This document shows, piece after piece, positions 18,375 through 28,323 of a DNA stretch of 64,000 nt. This DNA is from Candidatus Aldehydirespirator sp. Lineage in GTDB: Bacteria > Actinomycetota > Acidimicrobiia > Acidimicrobiales > Aldehydirespiratoraceae. Each line of letters begins with the position of its first letter. The first letter of the stretch is position 1. The stretch spans positions 241,776 through 305,775 of the forward strand of contig CBDCSK010000014.1 of the NCBI GenBank assembly GCA_965221605.1. The letters run 5' to 3'. Under the pieces are notes generated by a model. That model was not told where the DNA came from. It ran no database searches and saw only the letters and a list, made by a program, of their open reading frames with translations. Both the position numbers and the translations under genes were made by a program.

Positions 18375-19306
18375 CCAGCGAGGCGGGCGCAGTAGTCGAC
18401 CATCCGCCGGCAGATGGCGGGCACCTCGCTGATGTCGTCGGTGTACTGCGACGGCTTCATGCAGAACAGCGTGTAGCCGGCTGCGACCTGCTCATCGATG
18501 GCTGCCATGGCGTCATCGACGTCCGCGACGGCGTCGGGAGCGGCGAAAGTGGCCCGGGTGCCGCCGATCAACTCGATCTCGGAGATGTCGCGGCCCGCGG
18601 CCGCGAGACCCTGCGCCAGTTGGGCGAGATCCTCGGCGGTGGGGGCCCCGAAGGGGTGAAAGCCACTGCCGTAGCGGGCCATGCGGCGGATCAGAGCCGG
18701 GTGCATCCACTCGCCGCCGAACCACATGCGAGGACCCTCGGGACGCCAGGCCTTCGGCTCGCAGTACGCGTCGGTGAAGCTGAAGTAGCGGCCCTCGAAG
18801 CTGGCGGGTGAGCCGGCCCAGAGCCGCGACATGGCCTCCAGGTGCTCGTCGAGGATGCGGCCCCGCTCCGAGAAAGGCACACCGTGGGCCTCGTACTCGG
18901 CCTGCTGCCAGGACACGGTGGGCTGCACCACCAGCCGGCCCTCGCACAGCAGGTCGATGGTGGCGAGGTCCTTGGCCAGCAGGATCGGGTGCCGCAACGG
19001 CGGGATGATGGCGCCGGCCACCACCCGTACCCGGTCGGTGGCCGCGGCTACCGCGGCCAGGCTGGCCACCGAGCTGGGCCAGGGCGTCATCGGGTCCTGG
19101 TTCCCGATGGCGGCGTACATCCGGGGATTGCTCATCAGCCCATCGATGGCGGCATGGGGGCCGAGCATGGTCTGCTCACTCACCATCACCGCGTCGAAGC
19201 CGCTGTCCTCGGCCATGCGGGCCAGTTCGACCATTCCCCGCATGTCGCGGGGATCGAGCATGGTGTGGTTCTCGGTGAGGATCATCAACATCTGTGGCGG
19301 CGCCAT
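18371..19306 (-). CDS. LLM class oxidoreductase, probably F420-dependent
   Basis: ATG 19306; AEDSGFDAVMVSE, PLRHPILLAKDLATIDLLCEGRL; paralog of 31178-32128. Confidence 0.85.
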   Translation of the reverse strand: MAPPQMLMILTENHTMLDPRDMRGMVELARMAEDSGFDAVMVSEQTMLGPHAAIDGLMSNPRMYAAIGNQDPMTPWPSSVASLAAVAAATDRVRVVAGAIIPPLRHPILLAKDLATIDLLCEGRLVVQPTVSWQQAEYEAHGVPFSERGRILDEHLEAMSRLWAGSPASFEGRYFSFTDAYCEPKAWRPEGPRMWFGGEWMHPALIRRMARYGSGFHPFGAPTAEDLAQLAQGLAAAGRDISEIELIGGTRATFAAPDAVADVDDAMAAIDEQVAAGYTLFCMKPSQYTDDISEVPAICRRMVDYCARLAG

Positions 19307-19307
19307 G

Positions 19308-20066
19308 TCAGCGCTCGACCATGTCGAAGGGGCCGAGGGCGACCGCGCCGCCGTCGAGGCGGAATGACACTCCGGTAGCAAAACGGCCAGCCGGGGCCAC
19401 CAGGTAGTGCACGAGCGCCGCGATCTCATCGGGTTCCCCGGCCCGGCCCACGATGTTCACGGACACGCCGGCCGCGTCGAGTTCGCGGATCACACCGCTG
19501 GCCATCGGCGTGTCCACGATGCCTGGGGCGACTTGCGTGACCCGGATCCCGTCGTCCCGCCACTCCTTGGCCAGCGCCACCGTGACCGCGGCCAGCCCGG
19601 CCTTGGTCGCGCCGTAGACGGCACCCCCAGCGGAGGGCCTCACGGCGTCGACCGAGCCGATCATCACCACCGCGGCCTCCTCGGCTGCGGCCAGATGCGG
19701 ATGGGCCAGCTGGCAGAGCCGGAGCGGCGCCCACAGGTTGAGCCCGACCAGCCCGTCGAAGTACTGGCGGTCCAGCTCGCCCAGCGGGAGCCAGTCGCCC
19801 CGGCCCGCGTTGTTCACCAGGATGTCGAGCCCGCCCAACTCGGCGACGGCCCCGTCGATCACCCCGTCGACGGCGGTGGCATCGCTCAGATCGGCGGCAA
19901 GGGGTCGTACCGAGCCCTCCGCCTCGGGCACCCGTCCCGACCGCGACACCGCGACCACATCGGCGCCCGCACCAGCGAGCCGGGAGGCGATGGCCGCCCC
20001 GATGCCAGCCGACGCACCGGTGACCACGGCGCGGCGGCCGGTCAGGTCGAAAGCGGTATCAGGCAC
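19308..20066 (-). CDS. Short-chain dehydrogenase/reductase
   Basis: TGASAGIG, NNAG, YGATK. Start is GTG 20066 (TATCGT -10 hexamer 6 nt upstream, possibly leaderless) or ATG 20090. Confidence 0.9.
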   Translation of the reverse strand: MPDTAFDLTGRRAVVTGASAGIGAAIASRLAGAGADVVAVSRSGRVPEAEGSVRPLAADLSDATAVDGVIDGAVAELGGLDILVNNAGRGDWLPLGELDRQYFDGLVGLNLWAPLRLCQLAHPHLAAAEEAAVVMIGSVDAVRPSAGGAVYGATKAGLAAVTVALAKEWRDDGIRVTQVAPGIVDTPMASGVIRELDAAGVSVNIVGRAGEPDEIAALVHYLVAPAGRFATGVSFRLDGGAVALGPFDMVER

Positions 20067-20204
20067 CGCGACACGATAGCTATGCGACATCCATGCGTGG
20101 ATGCCCGGGGAGTCTCGGCTAAGGCGTTGCTGAGCGTATGCCTGTCATACCCACTTGCGAACATGTGTCTGCAAGCAGGTATCCCCCACACGCAGGGCGG
20201 CACG

Positions 20205-21869
20205 ATGTCAGACTGCATTCAAGTGACACTCATCGACCAAGAGGCATGTCCACAGGCCAACGCCGAGGACGGGCCCTGCAGTGAGCATGACCTTGCCCAT
20301 GCTGCTTGGTCAATCGTCCGACAGGGCGGCCTTGCCGAGCTCTCGGAGCCCGAGTCCATACTTGTCCGTGCGCTGACCAGTGCCGAACGCGACTCTGACG
20401 ACGACGGATTGATCCATCTGATCCGCTCCGGCCGCGATCCTCTGGGTGACGCGCTCATGCGCATGCGCTCGCCTGATCAACGCAGACCGCTGGGTGCCAC
20501 CTACACACCTCCCGAGATCGTGTCCTCAATGGTTGGCTGGATTGTCGAGCACTCAAGGCCAGACCGCGTAGTCGATCCTGGAGCCGGCTCGGCGCGATTC
20601 CTTCTGACTGCGGGCCGCGCCTTATCCGATGCTCGCCTCGTCGGCGTGGAGATCGACCCACTGGCAGCGCTGCTTGCCCGTGCCAACCTCACGGCCATGG
20701 GCCTCGACCATCGATCGCAGATCCTGGTGCGGGACTACCGGGACGCCGATCTCGGCGAGTGCGGTGGCACCACGGCCTTCATCGGGAATCCGCCCTATGT
20801 TCGCCACCACCAGATCGAGCCTAAATGGAAGAAATGGCTCGCTACCAACTCGACCGCTCTTGGACTCAAGGCCAGCGGTCTGGCCGGATTGCACGTTCAC
20901 TTCATGTTGGCGACGGCCCTTCATGCCCGACCTGGCGACCTTGGTGTGTTCGTGACGTCGTCGGAGTGGCTCGATGTGAACTACGGCCACTTGCCAAGAA
21001 CGCTGTTTACGACCCAACTCGGCGGAGTGTCAATCCACTTGATCGATCCGCGCGAGGCGCCGTTCGCCGATGCGGCCACAACGGCAGCCGTCACGTGCTT
21101 TCAGGTAGGCGGGCCTGCTGCGTCGATCCGCATGAAGCGGGTTCCTAGCACTTCCGAGCTAGGCATGCTCGATGGAGGGCAACCGTTCAGTAAACGACAA
21201 CTGCGCTCCGCGTCGAGGTGGTCGCCCCTGCTCAACGGCTCACAGAAGCCGCCTGAGGGTTACGTCGAACTTGGAGAAATCTGTTGCGTTCATCGGGGTG
21301 CCGTGACAGGCGCCAACGCCACTTGGATAACCGACGCCAACGATCCCGCTCTTCCTTCAGAGGTGCTCTTCCCCTCCGTCACACGCGCGGTCGAACTGTT
21401 CGGTGCAACTGACGGCATCCTCTTGGACACGCACGGCTTAAGGGCAGTGATCGACCTGCCGGCCGATCTCGACGTGCTCGACGAGGCTGACCGTCCCCGC
21501 ATCGACCGGTTCCTGCGAGCCGCGGAGCGCGGCGGGGTCCGTTCCGGCTACATCGCTCGTAACCGCAAGCCTTGGTGGGCCGTGGGTCTACGGTCTCCTG
21601 CTCCAATCCTCGCGACCTACATGGCGCGTCGGCCACCGGCATTCGTTCGCAACCTAGCTAGCGCCCACAACATCAACGCCGTACACGGCATCTACCCCCG
21701 AGAACCAATGCCACACGCAACTCTGGACGCACTGGCAGGTGCTCTGCGCGCCGCGGCACCCACTGCGGTCGGACGTACCTATGCAGGTGGCCTACTCAAG
21801 TTCGAGCCTTCGGAGATGGCACGCATCTACGTCCCAGGCCCAGCCATGCTCCGGGAAACGGCGGCATGA
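20205..21869 (+). CDS. N6-adenine DNA methyltransferase (gamma class, M.XamI/Eco57I-like)
   Basis: GATYTP, VVDPGAGSARF (motif I), GNPPY (motif IV), GRTYAGGLLKFEPSE. Start uncertain; ATG 20205 preferred. Confidence 0.88.
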   Translation: MSDCIQVTLIDQEACPQANAEDGPCSEHDLAHAAWSIVRQGGLAELSEPESILVRALTSAERDSDDDGLIHLIRSGRDPLGDALMRMRSPDQRRPLGATYTPPEIVSSMVGWIVEHSRPDRVVDPGAGSARFLLTAGRALSDARLVGVEIDPLAALLARANLTAMGLDHRSQILVRDYRDADLGECGGTTAFIGNPPYVRHHQIEPKWKKWLATNSTALGLKASGLAGLHVHFMLATALHARPGDLGVFVTSSEWLDVNYGHLPRTLFTTQLGGVSIHLIDPREAPFADAATTAAVTCFQVGGPAASIRMKRVPSTSELGMLDGGQPFSKRQLRSASRWSPLLNGSQKPPEGYVELGEICCVHRGAVTGANATWITDANDPALPSEVLFPSVTRAVELFGATDGILLDTHGLRAVIDLPADLDVLDEADRPRIDRFLRAAERGGVRSGYIARNRKPWWAVGLRSPAPILATYMARRPPAFVRNLASAHNINAVHGIYPREPMPHATLDALAGALRAAAPTAVGRTYAGGLLKFEPSEMARIYVPGPAMLRETAA

Positions 21870-22792
21870 GTCCCGCCGAGCCCCCTAGGTGGAACGACCA
21901 ACAGTTCGAGGAACAACTAACGGTCGCCAAGGCTGCATTCTGCGAAGAGAGGCTTCGCGAGCCGACGGAGCAGTACCGCGAGGTCTTCGACGACTACGCA
22001 GCGCGTGTCAGAGCTCTATTGGCCCGGACAGATCACCTGACGAACTGGTCCGACGTTCTCGAGACCGTCCTCAGCGACGAAGTAGGCCTCGATGCTCTGA
22101 GATATGTGGCAGGTCCACCGATCTCTGCGGATGACCTCAAGACCCTGGCAGACGCTTCGCTCGCTCCCGGCCGGCTGCGCCGCGATCCTGAGATGACATC
22201 CAGGGTCCTCGGCGTCGTGCTCACCAGTCTCGATACCAAGCGATTCCCGTGGGTGGCGGAACAGCGTCTCCCCAATCCAGAAGAACGGCAGGCAGCGACC
22301 GTGGCCTCGGCGAGTCTCATGGCCACCCAGCGCGTCCAGACCGACAGGAAGAACCTCGCAAAGACCAAACAGGAGAGGCAAGTAGCGGACTATCTGTCTG
22401 ATACCGGCCTAACGCATGTCGGACCGAGAGACATCACGACGAGCGACGATGCACCGGAGCGAGGCTCGTTCTGTGGAGAGTGCGTGTTCGGAGACCGCAA
22501 GGCCGATCTCGTCGTGCGACTTCACGACGGACGCCTCATGCCCATCGAATGTAAGGTCTCGAACTCGGCGACGAACTCCGTCAAGAGGCTCAACAATGAC
22601 GCAGCTATCAAGGCTGAGGCTTGGATTAAGCAGTTCGGCACGCTTCAGACCGTCCCGACTGCCGTACTGTCAGGTGTGTTCAAGAGGCACAACCTCATTC
22701 AGGCGCAGGAGGCGGGGCTCACGATCTTCTGGGCACACGATCTGAATCCACTAGGCGAGTTCATAGGGTCCACAGCAGAGTTGGCTCAATAG
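21866..22792 (+). CDS. XamI family restriction endonuclease
   Basis: PPRW, LRYVAGPPISADDL, RKADLVV...MPIECKVSNSATNSVKRLNNDA; coupled to the MTase by ATGA. Confidence 0.85.
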   Translation: MSPAEPPRWNDQQFEEQLTVAKAAFCEERLREPTEQYREVFDDYAARVRALLARTDHLTNWSDVLETVLSDEVGLDALRYVAGPPISADDLKTLADASLAPGRLRRDPEMTSRVLGVVLTSLDTKRFPWVAEQRLPNPEERQAATVASASLMATQRVQTDRKNLAKTKQERQVADYLSDTGLTHVGPRDITTSDDAPERGSFCGECVFGDRKADLVVRLHDGRLMPIECKVSNSATNSVKRLNNDAAIKAEAWIKQFGTLQTVPTAVLSGVFKRHNLIQAQEAGLTIFWAHDLNPLGEFIGSTAELAQ

Positions 22793-23015
22793 TTGGAGTT
22801 GACGCGATGGCGGAAGCGACGTGCCCTTCCGCGATGCTCCTGTCGCCCAAGATCAAGGCGTCAACGGTTGCAGCGCAGGGGAAATCGACAGCCCTTTACA
22901 TGATTTGACATGCTGTTTCGTAAGTGCCAAGATGATCTAGAGCGCTCATCCCCTGCGAGACCCGCCTCGTCGGCCACTACGGTGCTCAAACCCCGCTGAA
23001 AAAGGGAACTGCCAC

Positions 23016-24080
23016 GTGATCCACCTTAGTTCACACCCAGTTGCGGCGATAGACCTCTTTTGCGGCGCGGGCGGACTCTCGTATGGCCTAGCGGCAGCCG
23101 GCGTGAACGTCCTTGCTGGCGCCGACATCGATCCATCCTGTCGATACCCCTTCGAGGCGAACATAGCGGGCGCAAGGTTTCTCGAACGCGACGCCCGCCT
23201 CCTTGCCCCTGAGGAACTCGCGGAGATCTGGCCTCAAGACTCCCTCAGGCTCCTAGCGGGCTGCGCTCCGTGCCAGCCCTTCTCTCCTTACCAGCGTGGC
23301 CGCGGGACGCCAAGTGACTCTCGATGGTCCTTGCTTCGCGAGTTCGGTCGCTTGGTGGGGGCCACACAGCCAGAACTTGTGACCACGGAGAACGTGCCCC
23401 GATTGATGGGCACGTCAGTCTTTCAGGCCTTCCTTGAACTCTTGCGTGAACTCGACTATTCGATTGCGTACCGCACATGCAACTGTGCCGACTACGGCTT
23501 GCCACAGAAGCGTCGGCGATTAGTGCTCATTGCATCTAGGCTCGGACCGATAGACATCCCAGAGGGACACCTCTCACGCTTACAGCCCCGAACGGTAGGA
23601 GACGCCATTCGTCGCTTGCCGCCTATTGCGTCCGGAGAGGCTAACGCCGCCGATCCGCTTCACCGCAGCCGAACGTTGCAGGAGATCAATAGACGGCGAA
23701 TTCAAGCATCAGTACCAGGCGGAAGTTGGCAAGATTGGCCTGAGGACTTACGAGCTCCGTGTCATCGTCGGGCGACCGGCAGAAGGTTCAAGAATGTGTA
23801 TGCGAGGATGTCATGGGATGAACCAGCACCCACACTTACCACCTACTTTTATAACTACGGTGCTGGACGGTTCGGTCATCCTGAGCAAAACCGAGCCATT
23901 TCAATACGAGAAGGCGCTATCTTGCAAGGGTTTCCGGCAGATTATGACTTCGTGAAACCTGGCTCCTCGCTTAGCCTAAACACTCTCGGCAGACTCATCG
24001 GAAATGCTGTTCCTCCACCGCTTGGAGCAGCAATTGGCAGAGCAATCATCGACCATATCAGAGGAATATACAACAAATGA
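23016..24080 (+). CDS. C5-cytosine DNA methyltransferase (M.HgiDII-like)
   Basis: DLFCGAGG, GCAPCQPFS, ENV, QKRRR, GRFGHPEQNRAISIRE, IGNAVPP. The variable region PGGSWQDWPE...VYARM resembles M.HgiDII as recalled. Confidence 0.9.
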   Translation: MIHLSSHPVAAIDLFCGAGGLSYGLAAAGVNVLAGADIDPSCRYPFEANIAGARFLERDARLLAPEELAEIWPQDSLRLLAGCAPCQPFSPYQRGRGTPSDSRWSLLREFGRLVGATQPELVTTENVPRLMGTSVFQAFLELLRELDYSIAYRTCNCADYGLPQKRRRLVLIASRLGPIDIPEGHLSRLQPRTVGDAIRRLPPIASGEANAADPLHRSRTLQEINRRRIQASVPGGSWQDWPEDLRAPCHRRATGRRFKNVYARMSWDEPAPTLTTYFYNYGAGRFGHPEQNRAISIREGAILQGFPADYDFVKPGSSLSLNTLGRLIGNAVPPPLGAAIGRAIIDHIRGIYNK

Positions 24081-26101
24081 CCGAAGATCACTTGTACACG
24101 ATGTCTGTAGATCTCGCAATAATCGAGTCTCTAGGAATCAACCTCTACAGCAACGCGGCTGCCGTCCTCTCAGAGTTGGTGGCGAATGCACACGACGCTG
24201 ATGCCACACATGTGAGAATTGCGTGGAAGACAGATGATGATAAAGATGTTGTCCAGGTTGTCGACAATGGTTGCGGGATGAACCTCAACGACATCAACAA
24301 CAAGTTTCTTGTGACCGGATACAAGAAACGACAAGTCGAAGGTAGCCATTCGCAACGCTGGCAGCGGCCCTACATGGGCCGGAAGGGCATCGGCAAGCTC
24401 TCTGTCTTTTCGATTGCACGAGATGTACAAGTCTATTCGACAACAGGCAACGAAGGTAGCCTCGGATTGAGAATAGAGATTGAGAAGCTAGAGGAACGTA
24501 TTCGGGCGAAGAAGGAGTACCACCCGGAACCCATAGAGGTTCCAGAGGAGTATCGTAGTGAAGGCACAGTAATAGTCCTCAGGGACCTAAAGCGGAAGCG
24601 TGCAGACCTAACCGTCGCGGCCTTGCGCAAGCGATTGGCCAGACGCTTCGACATCCTCGATCCGACACCGGAAGCAGAGGGTGGCTTCAAGATCTACATC
24701 AACGACGCCCAAGTTACTTACGCTGACCGCCAAGAACTGAAAAAGCTAGAGTACATCTGGGAATTTGGTCAGCCCACGCTCCCCGAATCGGCACTGCCTG
24801 GTGACATTACGAGGTACACCCTCAATGACCAACTTCCTCCGCCCTTTGATGACGAGGCCGTTGGCGGTTGGTTCGGCACGGCCCGTGTCCCGTCGGACCT
24901 GACGGAGGATGAGGAGGCTGGCTCACTCAAGAACATCATCGTTATTGCGCGGAAGCGGCCTATTCAGGAGGGAATTGTTGACAAATTAGACTTCTCGCGT
25001 GTCTTTGGCAACTACGTTACCGGCCAAATCGAAGCCGATTTCTTGGATCAGGATGATGAGGAAGATATCGCGACCAGTGATAGGCAACGGCTCATCGAAG
25101 ACGATCCACGCGTCAAGGTACTCCAAGCCTTCCTCAGAGATGCATTTCAAAGCGCTTCTCAAGTATGGAACCGGGAGCGGCCGAGGAGGAAGGCTAAGGA
25201 AGTCCTTGCAGACAATCCGAGCCTAAGGCAATGGGTTGATGGACTACCTGAATGGCAAAGGGAACCAGCCGAGAAGCTAATCGGCACGATCGCAGCACTA
25301 CCTATGGAGAAGGGAGTTGAACAACAACAACGAAGGGCACACCTGTTCCGTGCAGGTATCCTTGCCTTTGCTCGCATTGGCTTGAGGGAAACAGTCGATG
25401 AACTCTGCGCTCTTAGTGACCTCAATGCTGATCAGCTTCTTGAACTCTTAGGAGCCCAGGATGAGTATGAGGCGGCGCTGTGGGTGGATATCCTGAGATC
25501 GCGAGTTGAGGCTATCCGACAATTCGAGAATTTGACGGAGATCGACGAAAAGGAAAGAGTCCTCCAACAACATCTGTTCGGTCATCTCTGGCTCTTGGAC
25601 CCATCATGGGAGAGGGCAACCACGGACCCAAAGATGGAAGAGGATCTACGGAGTATCGATCCTGATAGCTTTCCCATTGATGCAGAAGGGAAGGAGATTC
25701 GTGGCCGTATCGACATTAGATACGCGAAGACTAGCGGCCTACATGTCATCGTTGAATTGAAACGATACTCGGTCAAGCCGAAGATCGAAGACCTCGTGGA
25801 GCAGGGCCGCAAGTATCGAGCGGCTCTCAGTGATATTCTAACTCGGCAACGGCGAGGTCACGAGAAAATCGAGGTCGTGTTCGTAATAGGTTCCGATCCC
25901 CGGGTGTCGGATCGAGGTAGGTTTCATTCAGACGACGATGCAATCGATCATTCGCTAGATGCCATAGCAGGACGATATGTGCTGTATGATGAATTGATCG
26001 CTAATGCATGCAACCAATATGACGATTACTTCCACGCCACCAGGCACGCGCAAGGCTTGGAGGAAGTCTTGAATTCACTCATCTTGAACGCTCCCGAATA
26101 G
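24077..26101 (+). CDS. GHKL ATPase plus PD-(D/E)XK restriction endonuclease (HgiDII/BbrUII-like)
   Basis: ELVANAHDADA, DNGCGM, GRKGIGKLS, GT (Bergerat fold); HLWLLDPSWERAT; GRIDI...VELKR nuclease motif; coupled to the C5 MTase. Confidence 0.8.
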   Translation: MTEDHLYTMSVDLAIIESLGINLYSNAAAVLSELVANAHDADATHVRIAWKTDDDKDVVQVVDNGCGMNLNDINNKFLVTGYKKRQVEGSHSQRWQRPYMGRKGIGKLSVFSIARDVQVYSTTGNEGSLGLRIEIEKLEERIRAKKEYHPEPIEVPEEYRSEGTVIVLRDLKRKRADLTVAALRKRLARRFDILDPTPEAEGGFKIYINDAQVTYADRQELKKLEYIWEFGQPTLPESALPGDITRYTLNDQLPPPFDDEAVGGWFGTARVPSDLTEDEEAGSLKNIIVIARKRPIQEGIVDKLDFSRVFGNYVTGQIEADFLDQDDEEDIATSDRQRLIEDDPRVKVLQAFLRDAFQSASQVWNRERPRRKAKEVLADNPSLRQWVDGLPEWQREPAEKLIGTIAALPMEKGVEQQQRRAHLFRAGILAFARIGLRETVDELCALSDLNADQLLELLGAQDEYEAALWVDILRSRVEAIRQFENLTEIDEKERVLQQHLFGHLWLLDPSWERATTDPKMEEDLRSIDPDSFPIDAEGKEIRGRIDIRYAKTSGLHVIVELKRYSVKPKIEDLVEQGRKYRAALSDILTRQRRGHEKIEVVFVIGSDPRVSDRGRFHSDDDAIDHSLDAIAGRYVLYDELIANACNQYDDYFHATRHAQGLEEVLNSLILNAPE

Positions 26102-26203
26102 AACCGCACTGCGAAGGAACCACAACGACCGCCGGGTGAGTAATCCCACTAGATCGCAGTTCCGTACTTGCGGGTAGATGCGACATCGACGTACCGGGTT
26201 GAT

Positions 26204-26219
26204 CGTTCGGTGCCAAACT
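26204..26219. promoter_or_regulatory. Putative MarR operator, site 2
   Basis: CGTTCG-GTGC-CAAACT next to a TAGGCT -10 hexamer upstream of the ADC-family gene. Confidence 0.6.
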
Positions 26220-26233
26220 AATAGGCTCGGAGG

Positions 26234-27046
26234 ATGGCCGAGCTCCAGGGGTTCATGTACCCGCGGACTCCGTCCGGGATCGCCGGAATCGTGCCCGGGC
26301 CGCCGTGGCACTACTCCGGCGACATGCTCACCGTTGAGTACCGCACTGATCCGGGCCGGGTGACCGACCTGCTGCCCGAACCCCTGGAGCCGGCCCCCGA
26401 CGATCCCGGCGCGGTGGCCATGGTCTGGGCCGAATGGCAGAGCTGCGGCGACACCTTCGACGAGCTGCTCGACCCTGTGCGAGCCCAGTACCGGGAGGTG
26501 TTCGCGGTGGTCCGCTGCCAATTCGAGGGCGAGACCTACAGCCGGGCCGCCTACATCTGGGTGGACAAGGACTTCGCGATGGCCAGAGGCCACTTCCAGG
26601 GCTACCCCAAGAAGATGGGCGAGATAGCCATGACCCGGCCGGTGACGGTGGGCCGGGCCGGACCCCGCCTGGAGCCGGGCGGCCGATTCGGAGCCACGCT
26701 GAGCACCTGGGGCCGGCGCGTCGCCGAGGCCCGCTTCACCATCACCGGCACCGCCGAGACCCCTGGCTTCGTGAACGGCCATCCGATGCTGCACAGCCGA
26801 CAGATGCCGGCCATGGAGGCCGACGGCACCGACTCGCTCGACGAACTGGTCACCATGCGGGGCTACGACGCCGACCTCGGCCCGGTGTACTCGGGCGACG
26901 CCGATCTGGTGCTGCCCGAGTGCCCCACCGAGGAGCTGCACCGCCTGGAGCCCGTCGAGATGATCGGCGGCTACTACCGCCAGGTCGGCCTGTCCATGGC
27001 CTCGGGCACCACCCTGTGGGCCGCCCCCAACCCCCGGGCCGGGTGA
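26234..27046 (+). CDS. Acetoacetate decarboxylase family protein
   Basis: GPPWHY, LLPEPL, YIWVD, RGHFQGYPKK (catalytic Lys motif). Confidence 0.85.
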   Translation: MAELQGFMYPRTPSGIAGIVPGPPWHYSGDMLTVEYRTDPGRVTDLLPEPLEPAPDDPGAVAMVWAEWQSCGDTFDELLDPVRAQYREVFAVVRCQFEGETYSRAAYIWVDKDFAMARGHFQGYPKKMGEIAMTRPVTVGRAGPRLEPGGRFGATLSTWGRRVAEARFTITGTAETPGFVNGHPMLHSRQMPAMEADGTDSLDELVTMRGYDADLGPVYSGDADLVLPECPTEELHRLEPVEMIGGYYRQVGLSMASGTTLWAAPNPRAG

Positions 27047-28323
27047 TGGGCCCGACAGCCACATTCGTGGACGGCTACCTCGACGACCACGGTGACGACG
27101 AAGCCGACCTTTCGTCGCACGACTCGTTCACCTCCGGTGTGCCCCACGCCACCTTCACCCGTCTGCGCCGCGAGGACCCGGTCCACTGGACCCCCGAGTC
27201 CGAGGGATCCGGCTTCTGGTCGATCACCCGCTACCACGACGCCCTGGCCGTCAGCCGCGACGTAGAGACCTTCACGTCCTCCCGGGGCATCCGCCTCGAG
27301 GAGATGGACGACGACGAACTCCGGGCCCGGCGCACCATGATGGAGCTCGACCCGCCGGAGCACACCCGGCTGCGCCGGCTGGTCAACCGGGGCTTCACCC
27401 GCCGCACGGTGGAGTCCTACGAGGACGCCATCCGGGCCCTGGCCGCCGAGGTACTCGACGAGGCTCTGACCGCCGGTGCTTTCGACTTCGTCACCGAGGT
27501 GGCCGCCAAGCTCCCCATGCGCATGCTGGGCCGCCTATTGGGCACCAGCGACGAGGACGGGCACCAGCTGGTCGAGTGGGGCGACGCATTCCTGGGCAAC
27601 AGCGACCCGGAGTTCACCACCCACGTCGTGGACACCGCCGACACCGAGGAGTTCCGGCTGATGCCGTTCCGCAGCCCCGCCGCGGCAGAGGTGTTCTGCT
27701 ACGCCGAGGAGCAGGCGGCCGAGCGCCGGGCCTGTCCCCGCGACGACGTGATCAGCCAGCTGCTGGCCCCCACCCGCGACGGCGAACCCCTCAGCGACCT
27801 GGAGTTCAAGAACTTCTTCCTGCTGCTCATCGCGGCCGGCAACGACACCACCCGCTACACCATGACCCACGGGCTGCGCACGATGATGCAGCATCCCGAG
27901 CTGTGGCGGGCCTGGCGGGCCGACCCGTCACTGACCGAGACCGCCGTCGAAGAGGTCCTGCGCACCAGCGCGGTGACCATGCACTTCCGCCGCACCGCCA
28001 CCCGGGACGTGACCGTCGGCGAGAAGCGCATCGCAGCCGGCGACAGGGTGGTCATGTGGTTCTGCTCGGCCAACCACGACGACGGCGGCTTCGCCGACCC
28101 CTGGCGATTCGACCTGGCCCGGAACCCCAACGACCACATGGCCTTCGGGCGCAACGGCCCCCACCTGTGCCTCGGCGCCTGGCTGGCCCGCATGGAGGCG
28201 CGTCTCGTGTACGAGGAGCTGATGAAGCGTGTCGACCGGCTCGAGCCCGACGGCGAGCCCCGGTACCTCCGCTCCAACTTCATCGCCGGCATCAAGCACC
28301 TGCCCGTGAGAGTGGTGGCCTGA
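27046..28323 (+). CDS. Cytochrome P450
   Basis: DPPEHTRLR, AAGNDTT, EEVLR, FGRNGPHLCLG. Confidence 0.95.
   Translation: MGPTATFVDGYLDDHGDDEADLSSHDSFTSGVPHATFTRLRREDPVHWTPESEGSGFWSITRYHDALAVSRDVETFTSSRGIRLEEMDDDELRARRTMMELDPPEHTRLRRLVNRGFTRRTVESYEDAIRALAAEVLDEALTAGAFDFVTEVAAKLPMRMLGRLLGTSDEDGHQLVEWGDAFLGNSDPEFTTHVVDTADTEEFRLMPFRSPAAAEVFCYAEEQAAERRACPRDDVISQLLAPTRDGEPLSDLEFKNFFLLLIAAGNDTTRYTMTHGLRTMMQHPELWRAWRADPSLTETAVEEVLRTSAVTMHFRRTATRDVTVGEKRIAAGDRVVMWFCSANHDDGGFADPWRFDLARNPNDHMAFGRNGPHLCLGAWLARMEARLVYEELMKRVDRLEPDGEPRYLRSNFIAGIKHLPVRVVA

Larger units (their letters stand above)
20082..26187. mobile_element. Restriction-modification island flanked by a 10-bp direct repeat
   Basis: ATGCGACATC at 20082-20091 and 26178-26187. 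The interior is visibly more AT-rich with different codon usage, holds only RM genes, and has no integrase or transposase. Confidence 0.7.

Noticed and set aside
19407-20204. Apparent N-terminal extension making the MTase 820 aa
   Set aside because: Most of it is antisense to the SDR gene and crosses the island boundary; the real start is near 20205.
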